Source: Auanema rhodensis (lineage: Eukaryota; Animalia; Nematoda). From it: a DNA stretch of 64,000 bases. The notes beneath the pieces were generated by a model. It made no database searches. It was not told the DNA's origin and worked only from the letters and a program-made list of their open reading frames with translations. Position 1 is the stretch's first letter. The number at the start of each line of letters is the position of its first letter. Location: the NCBI GenBank assembly GCA_964057225.1, contig OZ059899.1, positions 3,472,001-3,536,000 of the forward strand, in the 5' to 3' direction. The position numbers and the translations under genes were made by a program. Positions 25,801 to 38,400 of the stretch are shown here, piece by piece.

Positions 25801-28800
25801 TTTTTCGTTGAATAACATTGTCCATCGTCTTTGCCTTGAAAAATGGAATCTAAAAACATCTACTTTTTGCTAAATTATTTTGAAATTTTTCGAAAAAATT
25901 TTTGTCAAAATGTTTTTGGAAGCAATGTTGAGTGTACATGGAAACTCAACATACACTAATGCATCATTTTTCAAACGATCATAACTAATTTTTGTATCAA
26001 GTGTTTCTCAATGTAGTATAGTGCATTCGATGCGGATTTTTAAGCTGCGTCGATCTGTGTTATCAGATTTGCGCTAGCTTAAAAAAGCACCGAGATATCA
26101 ACTGATATAAGTTCACACTTATATCCTCGATTTTCACCCTGAAGAATTAATTTTTTCGTTGAATAACATTGTCCATCGTCTTTGCCTTGAAAAATGGAAT
26201 CTAAAAACATCTACTTTTTGCTAAATTATTTTGAAATTTTTCGAAAAAATTTTTGTCAAAATGTTTTTGGAAGCAATGTTGAGTGTACATGGAAACTCAA
26301 CATACACTAATGCATAATTTTTCAAACGATCATAACTAATTTTTGTATTAAGCGTTTCTCAATGTAGTATAGTGTATTCGATGCGGATTTTTAAGCTTCG
26401 TCGATCTGTGTTATCAGATTTGCGCTAGCTTAAAAATGCACCGAGATATCAACTGATATAAGTTCACACTTATATCCTCGATTTTCACCCTGAAGAATTA
26501 ATTTTTTCGTTGAATAACATTGTCCATCGTCTTTGCCTTGAAAAATGGAATCTAAAAACATCTACTTTTTGCTAAATTATTTTGAAATTTTTCGAAAAAA
26601 TTTTTGTCAAAATGTTTTTGGAAGCAATGTTGAGTGTACATGGAAACTCAACATACACTAATGCATAATTTTTCAAACGATCATAACTAATTTTTGTATC
26701 AAGTGTTTCTCAATGTAGTATAGTGCATTCGATGCGGATTTTTAAGCTGCGTCGATCTGTGTTATCAGATTTGCGCTAGCTTAAAAAAGCACCGAGATAT
26801 CAACTGATATAAGTTCACACTTATATCCTCGATTTTCACCCTGAAGAATTAATTTTTTCGTTGAATAACATTGTCCATCGTCTTTGCCTTGAAAAATGGA
26901 ATCTAAAAACATCTACTTTTTGCTAAATTATTTTGAAATTTTTCGAAAAAATTTTTGTCAAAATGTTTTTGGAAGCAATGTTGAGTGTACATGGAAACTC
27001 AACATACACTAATGCATAATTTTTCAAACGATCATAACTAATTTTTGTATTAAGCGTTTCTCAATGTAGTATAGTGTATTCGATGCGGATTTTTAAGCTT
27101 CGTCGATCTGTGTTATCAGATTTGCGCTAGCTTAAAAATGCACCGAGATATCAACTGATATAAGTTCACACTTATATCCTCGATTTTCACCCTGAAGAAT
27201 TAATTTTTTCGTTGAATAACATCGTCCATCGTCTTTGCCTTGAAAAATGGAATCTAAAAACATCTACTTTTTGCTAAATTATTTTGAAATTTTTCGAAAA
27301 AATTTTTGTCAAAATGTTTTTGGAAGCAATGTTGAGTGTACATGGAAACTCAACATACACTAATGCATCATTTTTCAAACGATCATAACTTATTTTTGTA
27401 TCAAGCGTTTTTCAATGTAGTATAGTGCATTCGATGCGGATTTTTAAGCTGCGTCGATCTGTGTTATCAGATTTGCGCTAGCTTAAAAATGCACCGAGAT
27501 ATCAACTGATATAAGTTCACACTTATATCCTCGATTTTCACCCTGAAGAATTAATTTTTTCGTTGAATAACATTGTCCATCGTCTTTGCCTTGAAAAATG
27601 GAATCTAAAAACATCTACTTTTTGCTAAATTATTTTGAAATTTTTCGAAAAAATTTTTGTCAAAATGTTTTTGGAAGCAATGTTGAGTGTACATGGAAAC
27701 TCAACATACACTAATGCATAATTTTTCAAACGATCATAACTAATTTTTGTATTAAGCGTTTCTCAATGTAGTATAGTGTATTCGATGCGGATTTTTAAGC
27801 TTCGTCGATCTGTGTTATCAGATTTGCGCTAGCTTAAAAATGCACCGAGATATCAACTGATATAAGTTCACACTTATATCCTCGATTTTCACCCTGAAGA
27901 TTTAATTTTTTCGTTGAATAACATTGTCCATCGTCTTTGCCTTGAAAAATGGAATCTAAAAACATCTACTTTTTGCTAAATTATTTTGAAATTTTTCGAA
28001 AAAATTTTTGTCAAAATGTTTTTGGAAGCAATGTTGAGTGTACATGGAAACTCAACATACACTAATGCATAATTTTTCAAACGATCATAACTAATTTTTG
28101 TATTAAGCGTTTCTCAATGTAGTATAGTGTATTCGATGCGGATTTTTAAGCTTCGTCGATCTGTGTTATCAGATTTGCGCTAGCTTAAAAATGCACCGAG
28201 ATATCAACTGATATAAGTTCACACTTATATCCTCGATTTTCACCCTGAAGAATTAATTTTTTCGTTGAATAACATTGTCCATCGTCTTTGCCTTGAAAAA
28301 TGGAATCTAAAAACATCTACTTTTTGCTAAATTATTTTGAAATTTTTCGAAAAAATTTTTGTCAAAATGTTTTTGGAAGCAATGTTGAGTGTACATGGAA
28401 ACTCAACATACACTAATGCATCATTTTTCAAACGATCATAACTTATTTTTGTATCAAGCGTTTTTCAATGTAGTATAGTGCATTCGATGCGGATTTTTAA
28501 GCTGCGTCGATCTGTGTTATCAGATTTGCGCTAGCTTAAAAATGCACCGAGATATCAACTGATATAAGTTCACACTTATATCCTCGATTTTCACCCTGAA
28601 GAATTAATTTTTTCGTTGAATAACATTGTCCATCGTCTTTGCCCTGAAAAATGGAATCTAAAAACATCTACTTTTTGCTAAATTATTTTGAAATTTTTCG
28701 AAAAAATTTTTGTCAAAATGTTTTTGGAAGCAATGTTGAGTGTACATGGAAACTCAACATACACTAATGCATCATTTTTCAAACGATCATAACTAATTTT

Positions 28801-29492
28801 TGTATCAAGTGTTTCTCAATGTAGTATAGTGCATTCGATGCGGATTTTTAAGCTGCGTCGATCTGTGTTATCAGATTTGCGCTAGCTTAAAAAAGCACCG
28901 AGATATCAACTGATATAAGTTCACACTTATATCCTCGATTTTCACCCTGAAGAATTAATTTTTTCGTTGAATAACATTGTCCATCGTCTTTGCCTTGAAA
29001 AATAGAATCTAAAAACATCTACTTTTTGCTAAATTATTTTGAAATTTTTCGAAAAAATTTTTGTCAAAATGTTTTTGGAAGCAATGTTGAGTGTACATGG
29101 AAACTCAACATACACTAATGCATAATTTTTCAAACGATCATAACTAATTTTTGTATTAAGCGTTTCTCAATGTAGTATAGTGCATTCGATGCGGATTTTT
29201 AAGCTTCGTCGATCTGTGTTATCAGATTTGCGCTAGCTTAAAAATGCACCGAGATATCAACTGATATAAGTTCACACTTATATCCTCGATTTTCACCCTG
29301 AAGAATTAATTTTTTCGTTGAATAACATTGTCCATCGTCTTTGCCTTGAAAAATGGAATCTTAAAACATCTACTTTTTGCTAAATTATTTTGAAATTTTT
29401 CGAAAAAATTTTTGTCAAAATGTTTTTGGAAGCAATGTTGAGTGTACATGGAAACTCAACATACACTAATGCATCATTTTTCAAACGATCAT
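16857..29492. repeat. Satellite variant domain C (M49-M84) with 4-mer, 2-mer and 3-mer local repeats
   Basis: Markers are AAAAAAGCACC (pos 104), GCATAATTTT (pos 334), AAGCTTCG (pos 65), AACTTATTTT (pos 5) and GTGTATTC (pos 42). No indels in 36 consecutive copies. Confidence 0.75.
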
Positions 29493-32400
29493 AACTAATT
29501 TTTGTATCAAGTGTTTCTCAATGTAGTATAGTGCATTCGATGCGGATTTTTAAGCTGCGTCGATCTGTGTTATCAGATTTGCGCTAGCTTAAAAATGCAC
29601 CGAGATATCAACTGATATAAGTTCACACTTATATCCTCGATTTTCACCCTGAAGAATTGATTTTTTCGTTGAATAACATTGTCTATCGTCTTTGCCTTGA
29701 AAAATGGAATCTTAAAACATCTACTTTTTGCTAAATTATTTTGAAATTTTTCGAAAAAATTTTTGTCAAAATGTTTTTGGAAGCAATGTTGAGTGTACAT
29801 GGAAACTCAACATACACTAATGCATCATTTTTCAAACGATCATAACTAATTTTTGTATCAAGTGTTTCTCAATGTAGTATAGTGCATTCGATGCGGATTT
29901 TTAAGCTGCGTCGATCTGTGTTATCAGATTTGCGCTAGCTTAAAAATGCACCGAGATATCAACTGATATAAGTTCACACTTATATCCTCGATTTTCACCC
30001 TGAAGAATTGATTTTTTCGTTGAATAACATTGTCTATCGTCTTTGCCTTGAAAAATGGAATCTTAAAACATCTACTTTTTGCTAAATTATTTTGAAATTT
30101 TTCGAAAAAATTTTTGTCAAAATGTTTTTGGAAGCAATGTTGAGTGTACATGGAAACTCAACATACACTAATGCATCATTTTTCAAACGATCATAACTAA
30201 TTTTTGTATCAAGTGTTTCTCAATGTAGTATAGTGCATTCGATGCGGATTTTTAAGCTGCGTCGATCTGTGTTATCAGATTTGCGCTAGCTTAAAAATGC
30301 ACCGAGATATCAACTGATATAAGTTCACACTTATATCCTCGATTTTCACCCTGAAGAATTGATTTTTTCGTTGAATAACATTGTCTATCGTCTTTGCCTT
30401 GAAAAATGGAATCTAAAAACATCTACTTTTTGCTAAATTATTTTGAAATTTTTCGAAAAAATTTTTGTCAAAATGTTTTTGGAAGCAATGTTGAGTGTAC
30501 ATGGAAACTCAACATACACTAATGCATCATTTTTCAAACGATCTTAACTAATTTTTGTATTAAGCGTTTCTCAATGTAGTATAGTGCATTCGATGCGGAT
30601 TTTCAAGCTGCGTCGATCTGTGTTATCAGATTTGCGCTAGCTTAAAAATGCACCGAGATATCAACTGATATAAGTTCACACATATATACCCGATTTTCAC
30701 CCTGAAGAATTAATTTTTTCGTTGAATAACCTTGTCCATCGTCTTTGCCTTGAAAAATGGAATCTAAAAACATCTACTTTTTGCTAAATTATTTTGAAAT
30801 TTTTCGAAAAAATTTTTGTCAAAATGTTTTTGGAAGCAATGTTGAGTGTACATGGAAACTCAACATACACTAATGCATCATTTTTCAAACGATCATAACT
30901 AATTTTTGTATTAAGCGTTTCTCAATGTAGTATAGTGCATTCGATGCGGATTTTCAAGCTGCGTCGATCTGTGTTATCAGATTTGCGCTAGCTTAAAAAT
31001 GCACCGAGATATCAACTGATATAAGTTCACACATATATACCCGATTTTCACCCTGAAGAATTAATTTTTTCGTTGAATAACCTTGTCCATCGTCTTTGCC
31101 TTGAAAAATGGAATCTAAAAGCATCTACTTTTTGCTAAATTATCTTGAAATTTTTCGAAAAAATTTTTGTCAAAATGTTTTTGGAAGCAATGTTGAGTGT
31201 ACATGGAAACTCAACATACACTAATGCATCATTTTTCAAACGATCATAACTAATTTTTGTATTAAGCGTTTCTCAATGTAGTATAGTGCATTCGATGCGG
31301 ATTTTTAAGCTTCGTCGATCTGTGTTATCAGATTTGCGCTAGCTTAAAAATGCACCGAGATATCAACTGATATAAGTTCACACTTATATCCTCGATTTTC
31401 ACCTGAAGAATTAATTTTTTCGTTGAATAACCTTGTCCATCGTCTTTGCCTTGAAAAATGGAATCTAAAAACATCTACTTTTTGCTAAATTATTTTGAAA
31501 TTTTTCGAAAAAATTTTTGTCAAAATGTTTTTGGAAGCAATGTTGAGTGTACATGGAAACTCAACATACACTAATGCATCATTTTTCAAACGATCATAAC
31601 TAATTTTTGTATCAAGTGTTTCTCAATGTAGTATAGTGCATTCGATGCGGATTTTTAAGCTGCGTCGATCTGTGTTATCAGATTTGCGCTAGCTTAAAAA
31701 TGCACCGAGATATCAACTGATATAAGTTCACACTTATATCCTCGATTTTCACCCTGAAGAATTGATTTTTTCGTTGAATAACATTGTCTATCGTCTTTGC
31801 CTTGAAAAATGGAATCTTAAAACATCTACTTTTTGCTAAATTATTTTGAAATTTTTCGAAAAAATTTTTGTCAAAATGTTTTTGGAAGCAATGTTGAGTG
31901 TACATGGAAACTCAACATACACTAATGCATCATTTTTCAAACGATCATAACTAATTTTTGTATCAAGTGTTTCTCAATGTAGTATAGTGCATTCGATGCG
32001 GATTTTTAAGCTGCGTCGATCTGTGTTATCAGATTTGCGCTAGCTTAAAAATGCACCGAGATATCAACTGATATAAGTTCACACTTATATCCTCGATTTT
32101 CACCCTGAAGAATTGATTTTTTCGTTGAATAACATTGTCTATCGTCTTTGCCTTGAAAAATGGAATCTAAAAACATCTACTTTTTGCTAAATTATTTTGA
32201 AATTTTTCGAAAAAATTTTTGTCAAAATGTTTTTGGAAGCAATGTTGAGTGTACATGGAAACTCAACATACACTAATGCATCATTTTTCAAACGATCTTA
32301 ACTAATTTTTGTATTAAGCGTTTCTCAATGTAGTATAGTGCATTCGATGCGGATTTTCAAGCTGCGTCGATCTGTGTTATCAGATTTGCGCTAGCTTAAA

Positions 32401-35400
32401 AATGCACCGAGATATCAACTGATATAAGTTCACACATATATACCCGATTTTCACCCTGAAGAATTAATTTTTTCGTTGAATAACCTTGTCCATCGTCTTT
32501 GCCTTGAAAAATGGAATCTAAAAACATCTACTTTTTGCTAAATTATTTTGAAATTTTTCGAAAAAATTTTTGTCAAAATGTTTTTGGAAGCAATGTTGAG
32601 TGTACATGGAAACTCAACATACACTAATGCATCATTTTTCAAACGATCATAACTAATTTTTGTATTAAGCGTTTCTCAATGTAGTATAGTGCATTCGATG
32701 CGGATTTTCAAGCTGCGTCGATCTGTGTTATCAGATTTGCGCTAGCTTAAAAATGCACCGAGATATCAACTGATATAAGTTCACACATATATACCCGATT
32801 TTCACCCTGAAGAATTAATTTTTTCGTTGAATAACCTTGTCCATCGTCTTTGCCTTGAAAAATGGAATCTAAAAGCATCTACTTTTTGCTAAATTATCTT
32901 GAAATTTTTCGAAAAAATTTTTGTCAAAATGTTTTTGGAAGCAATGTTGAGTGTACATGGAAACTCAACATACACTAATGCATCATTTTTCAAACGATCA
33001 TAACTAATTTTTGTATTAAGCGTTTCTCAATGTAGTATAGTGCATTCGATGCGGATTTTTAAGCTTCGTCGATCTGTGTTATCAGATTTGCGCTAGCTTA
33101 AAAATGCACCGAGATATCAACTGATATAAGTTCACACTTATATCCTCGATTTTCACCTGAAGAATTAATTTTTTCGTTGAATAACCTTGTCCATCGTCTT
33201 TGCCTTGAAAAATGGAATCTAAAAACATCTACTTTTTGCTAAATTATTTTGAAATTTTTCGAAAAAATTTTTGTCAAAATGTTTTTGGAAGCAATGTTGA
33301 GTGTACATGGAAACTCAACATACACTAATGCATCATTTTTCAAACGATCATAACTAATTTTTGTATTAAGCGTTTCTCAATGTAGTATAGTGCATTCGAT
33401 GCGGATTTTCAAGCTGCGTCGATCTGTGTTATCAGATTTGCGCTAGCTTAAAAATGCACCGAGATATCAACTGATATAAGTTCACACATATATACCCGAT
33501 TTTCACCCTGAAGAATTAATTTTTTCGTTGAATAACCTTGTCCATCGTCTTTGCCTTGAAAAATGGAATCTAAAAGCATCTACTTTTTGCTAAATTATCT
33601 TGAAATTTTTCGAAAAAATTTTTGTCAAAATGTTTTTGGAAGCAATGTTGAGTGTACATGGAAACTCAACATACACTAATGCATCATTTTTCAAACGATC
33701 ATAACTAATTTTTGTATTAAGCGTTTCTCAATGTAGTATAGTGCATTCGATGCGGATTTTCAAGCTGCGTCGATCTGTGTTATCAGATTTGCGCTAGCTT
33801 AAAAATGCACCGAGATATCAACTGATATAAGTTCACACATATATACCCGATTTTCACCCTGAAGAATTAATTTTTTCGTTGAATAACCTTGTCCATCGTC
33901 TTTGCCTTGAAAAATGGAATCTAAAAGCATCTACTTTTTGCTAAATTATCTTGAAATTTTTCGAAAAAATTTTTGTCAAAATGTTTTTGGAAGCAATGTT
34001 GAGTGTACATGGAAACTCAACATACACTAATGCATCATTTTTCAAACGATCATAACTAATTTTTGTATTAAGCGTTTCTCAATGTAGTATAGTGCATTCG
34101 ATGCGGATTTTCAAGCTGCGTCGATCTGTGTTATCAGATTTGCGCTAGCTTAAAAATGCACCGAGATATCAACTGATATAAGTTCACACATATATACCCG
34201 ATTTTCACCCTGAAGAATTAATTTTTTCGTTGAATAACATTGTCCATCGTCTTTGCCTTGAAAAAAGGAATCTAAAAACATCTACTTTTTGCTAAATTAT
34301 TTTGAAATTTTTCGAAAAAATTTTTGTCAAAATGTTTTTGGAAGCAATGTTGAGTGTACATGGAAACTCAACATACACTAATGCATCATTTTTCAAACGA
34401 TCATAACTAATTTTTGTATTAAGCGTTTCTCAATGTAGTATAGTGCATTCGATGCGGATTTTCAGGCTGCGTCGATCTGTGTTATCAGATTTGCGCTAGC
34501 TTAAAAATGCACCGAGATATCAACTGATATAAGTTCACACTTATATCCTCGATTTTCACCTGAAGAATTAATTTTTTCGTTGAATAACATTGTCCATCGT
34601 CTTTGCCTTGAAAAATAGAATCTAAAAACATCTACTTTTTGCTAAATTATTTTGAAATTTTTCGAAAAAATTTTTGTCAAAATGTTTTTGGAAGCAATGT
34701 TGAGTGTACATGGAAACTCAACATACACTAATGCATAATTTTTCAAACGATCATAACTAATTTTTGTATTAAGCGTTTCTCAATGTAGTATAGTGCATTC
34801 GATGCGGATTTTCAAGCTGCGTCGATCTGTGTTATCAGATTTGCGCTAGCTTAAAAATGCACCGAGATATCAACTGATATAAGTTCACACATATATACCC
34901 GATTTTCACCCTGAAGAATTAATTTTTTCGTTGAATAACCTTGTCCATCGTCTTTGCCTTGAAAAATGGAATCTAAAAGCATCTACTTTTTGCTAAATTA
35001 TCTTGAAATTTTTCGAAAAAATTTTTGTCAAAATGTTTTTGGAAGCAATGTTGAGTGTACATGGAAACTCAACATACACTAATGCATCATTTTTCAAACG
35101 ATCATAACTAATTTTTGTATTAAGCGTTTCTCAATGTAGTATAGTGCATTCGATGCGGATTTTCAAGCTGCGTCGATCTGTGTTATCAGATTTGCGCTAG
35201 CTTAAAAATGCACCGAGATATCAACTGATATAAGTTCACACATATATACCCGATTTTCACCCTGAAGAATTAATTTTTTCGTTGAATAACATTGTCCATC
35301 GTCTTTGCCTTGAAAAAAGGAATCTAAAAACATCTACTTTTTGCTAAATTATTTTGAAATTTTTCGAAAAAATTTTTGTCAAAATGTTTTTGGAAGCAAT

Positions 35401-38400
35401 GTTGAGTGTACATGGAAACTCAACATACACTAATGCATCATTTTTCAAACGATCATAACTAATTTTTGTATTAAGCGTTTCTCAATGTAGTATAGTGCAT
35501 TCGATGCGGATTTTCAGGCTGCGTCGATCTGTGTTATCAGATTTGCGCTAGCTTAAAAATGCACCGAGATATCAACTGATATAAGTTCACACTTATATCC
35601 TCGATTTTCACCTGAAGAATTAATTTTTTCGTTGAATAACATTGTCCATCGTCTTTGCCTTGAAAAATAGAATCTAAAAACATCTACTTTTTGCTAAATT
35701 ATTTTGAAATTTTTCGAAAAAATTTTTGTCAAAATGTTTTTGGAAGCAATGTTGAGTGTACATGGAAACTCAACATACACTAATGCATAATTTTTCAAAC
35801 GATCATAACTAATTTTTGTATTAAGCGTTTCTCAATGTAGTATAGTGCATTCGATGCGGATTTTTAAGCTTCGTCGATCTGTGTTATCAGATTTGCGCTA
35901 GCTTAAAAATGCACCGAGATATCAACTGATATAAGTTCACACTTATATCCTCGATTTTCACCCTGAAGAATTAATTTTTTCGTTGAATAACATTGTCCAT
36001 CGTCTTTGCCTTGAAAAATGGAATCTTAAAACATCTACTTTTTGCTAAATTATTTTGAAATTTTTCGAAAAAATTTTTGTCAAAATGTTTTTGGAAGCAA
36101 TGTTGAGTGTACATGGAAACTCAACATACACTAATGCATCATTTTTCAAACGATCATAACTAATTTTTGTATCAAGTGTTTCTCAATGTAGTATAGTGCA
36201 TTCGATGCGGATTTTTAAGCTGCGTCGATCTGTGTTATCAGATTTGCGCTAGCTTAAAAATGCACCGAGATATCAACTGATATAAGTTCACACTTATATC
36301 CTCGATTTTCACCCTGAAGAATTGATTTTTTCGTTGAATAACATTGTCTATCGTCTTTGCCTTGAAAAATGGAATCTTAAAACATCTACTTTTTGCTAAA
36401 TTATTTTGAAATTTTTCGAAAAAATTTTTGTCAAAATGTTTTTGGAAGCAATGTTGAGTGTACATGGAAACTCAACATACACTAATGCATCATTTTTCAA
36501 ACGATCATAACTAATTTTTGTATCAAGTGTTTCTCAATGTAGTATAGTGCATTCGATGCGGATTTTTAAGCTGCGTCGATCTGTGTTATCAGATTTGCGC
36601 TAGCTTAAAAATGCACCGAGATATCAACTGATATAAGTTCACACTTATATCCTCGATTTTCACCCTGAAGAATTGATTTTTTCGTTGAATAACATTGTCT
36701 ATCGTCTTTGCCTTGAAAAATGGAATCTAAAAACATCTACTTTTTGCTAAATTATTTTGAAATTTTTCGAAAAAATTTTTGTCAAAATGTTTTTGGAAGC
36801 AATGTTGAGTGTACATGGAAACTCAACATACACTAATGCATCATTTTTCAAACGATCTTAACTAATTTTTGTATTAAGCGTTTCTCAATGTAGTATAGTG
36901 CATTCGATGCGGATTTTCAAGCTGCGTCGATCTGTGTTATCAGATTTGCGCTAGCTTAAAAATGCACCGAGATATCAACTGATATAAGTTCACACTTATA
37001 TCCTCGATTTTCACCCTGAAGAATTAATTTTTTCGTTGAATAACATTGTCCATCGTCTTTGCCTTGAAAAATAGAATCTAAAAACATCTACTTTTTGCTA
37101 AATTATTTTGAAATTTTTCGAAAAAATTTTTGTCAAAATGTTTTTGGAAGCAATGTTGAGTGTACATGGAAACTCAACATACACTAATGCATAATTTTTC
37201 AAACGATCATAACTAATTTTTGTATTAAGCGTTTCTCAATGTAGTATAGTGCATTCGATGCGGATTTTTAAGCTTCGTCGATCTGTGTTATCAGATTTGC
37301 GCTAGCTTAAAAATGCACCGAGATATCAACTGATATAAGTTCACACTTATATCCTCGATTTTCACCCTGAAGAATTAATTTTTTCGTTGAATAACATTGT
37401 CCATCGTCTTTGCCTTGAAAAATGGAATCTTAAAACATCTACTTTTTGCTAAATTATTTTGAAATTTTTCGAAAAAATTTTTGTCAAAATGTTTTTGGAA
37501 GCAATGTTGAGTGTACATGGAAACTCAACATACACTAATGCATCATTTTTCAAACGATCATAACTAATTTTTGTATCAAGTGTTTCTCAATGTAGTATAG
37601 TGCATTCGATGCGGATTTTTAAGCTGCGTCGATCTGTGTTATCAGATTTGCGCTAGCTTAAAAATGCACCGAGATATCAACTGATATAAGTTCACACTTA
37701 TATCCTCGATTTTCACCCTGAAGAATTGATTTTTTCGTTGAATAACATTGTCTATCGTCTTTGCCTTGAAAAATGGAATCTTAAAACATCTACTTTTTGC
37801 TAAATTATTTTGAAATTTTTCGAAAAAATTTTTGTCAAAATGTTTTTGGAAGCAATGTTGAGTGTACATGGAAACTCAACATACACTAATGCATCATTTT
37901 TCAAACGATCATAACTAATTTTTGTATCAAGTGTTTCTCAATGTAGTATAGTGCATTCGATGCGGATTTTTAAGCTGCGTCGATCTGTGTTATCAGATTT
38001 GCGCTAGCTTAAAAATGCACCGAGATATCAACTGATATAAGTTCACACTTATATCCTCGATTTTCACCCTGAAGAATTGATTTTTTCGTTGAATAACATT
38101 GTCTATCGTCTTTGCCTTGAAAAATGGAATCTAAAAACATCTACTTTTTGCTAAATTATTTTGAAATTTTTCGAAAAAATTTTTGTCAAAATGTTTTTGG
38201 AAGCAATGTTGAGTGTACATGGAAACTCAACATACACTAATGCATCATTTTTCAAACGATCTTAACTAATTTTTGTATTAAGCGTTTCTCAATGTAGTAT
38301 AGTGCATTCGATGCGGATTTTCAAGCTGCGTCGATCTGTGTTATCAGATTTGCGCTAGCTTAAAAATGCACCGAGATATCAACTGATATAAGTTCACACA

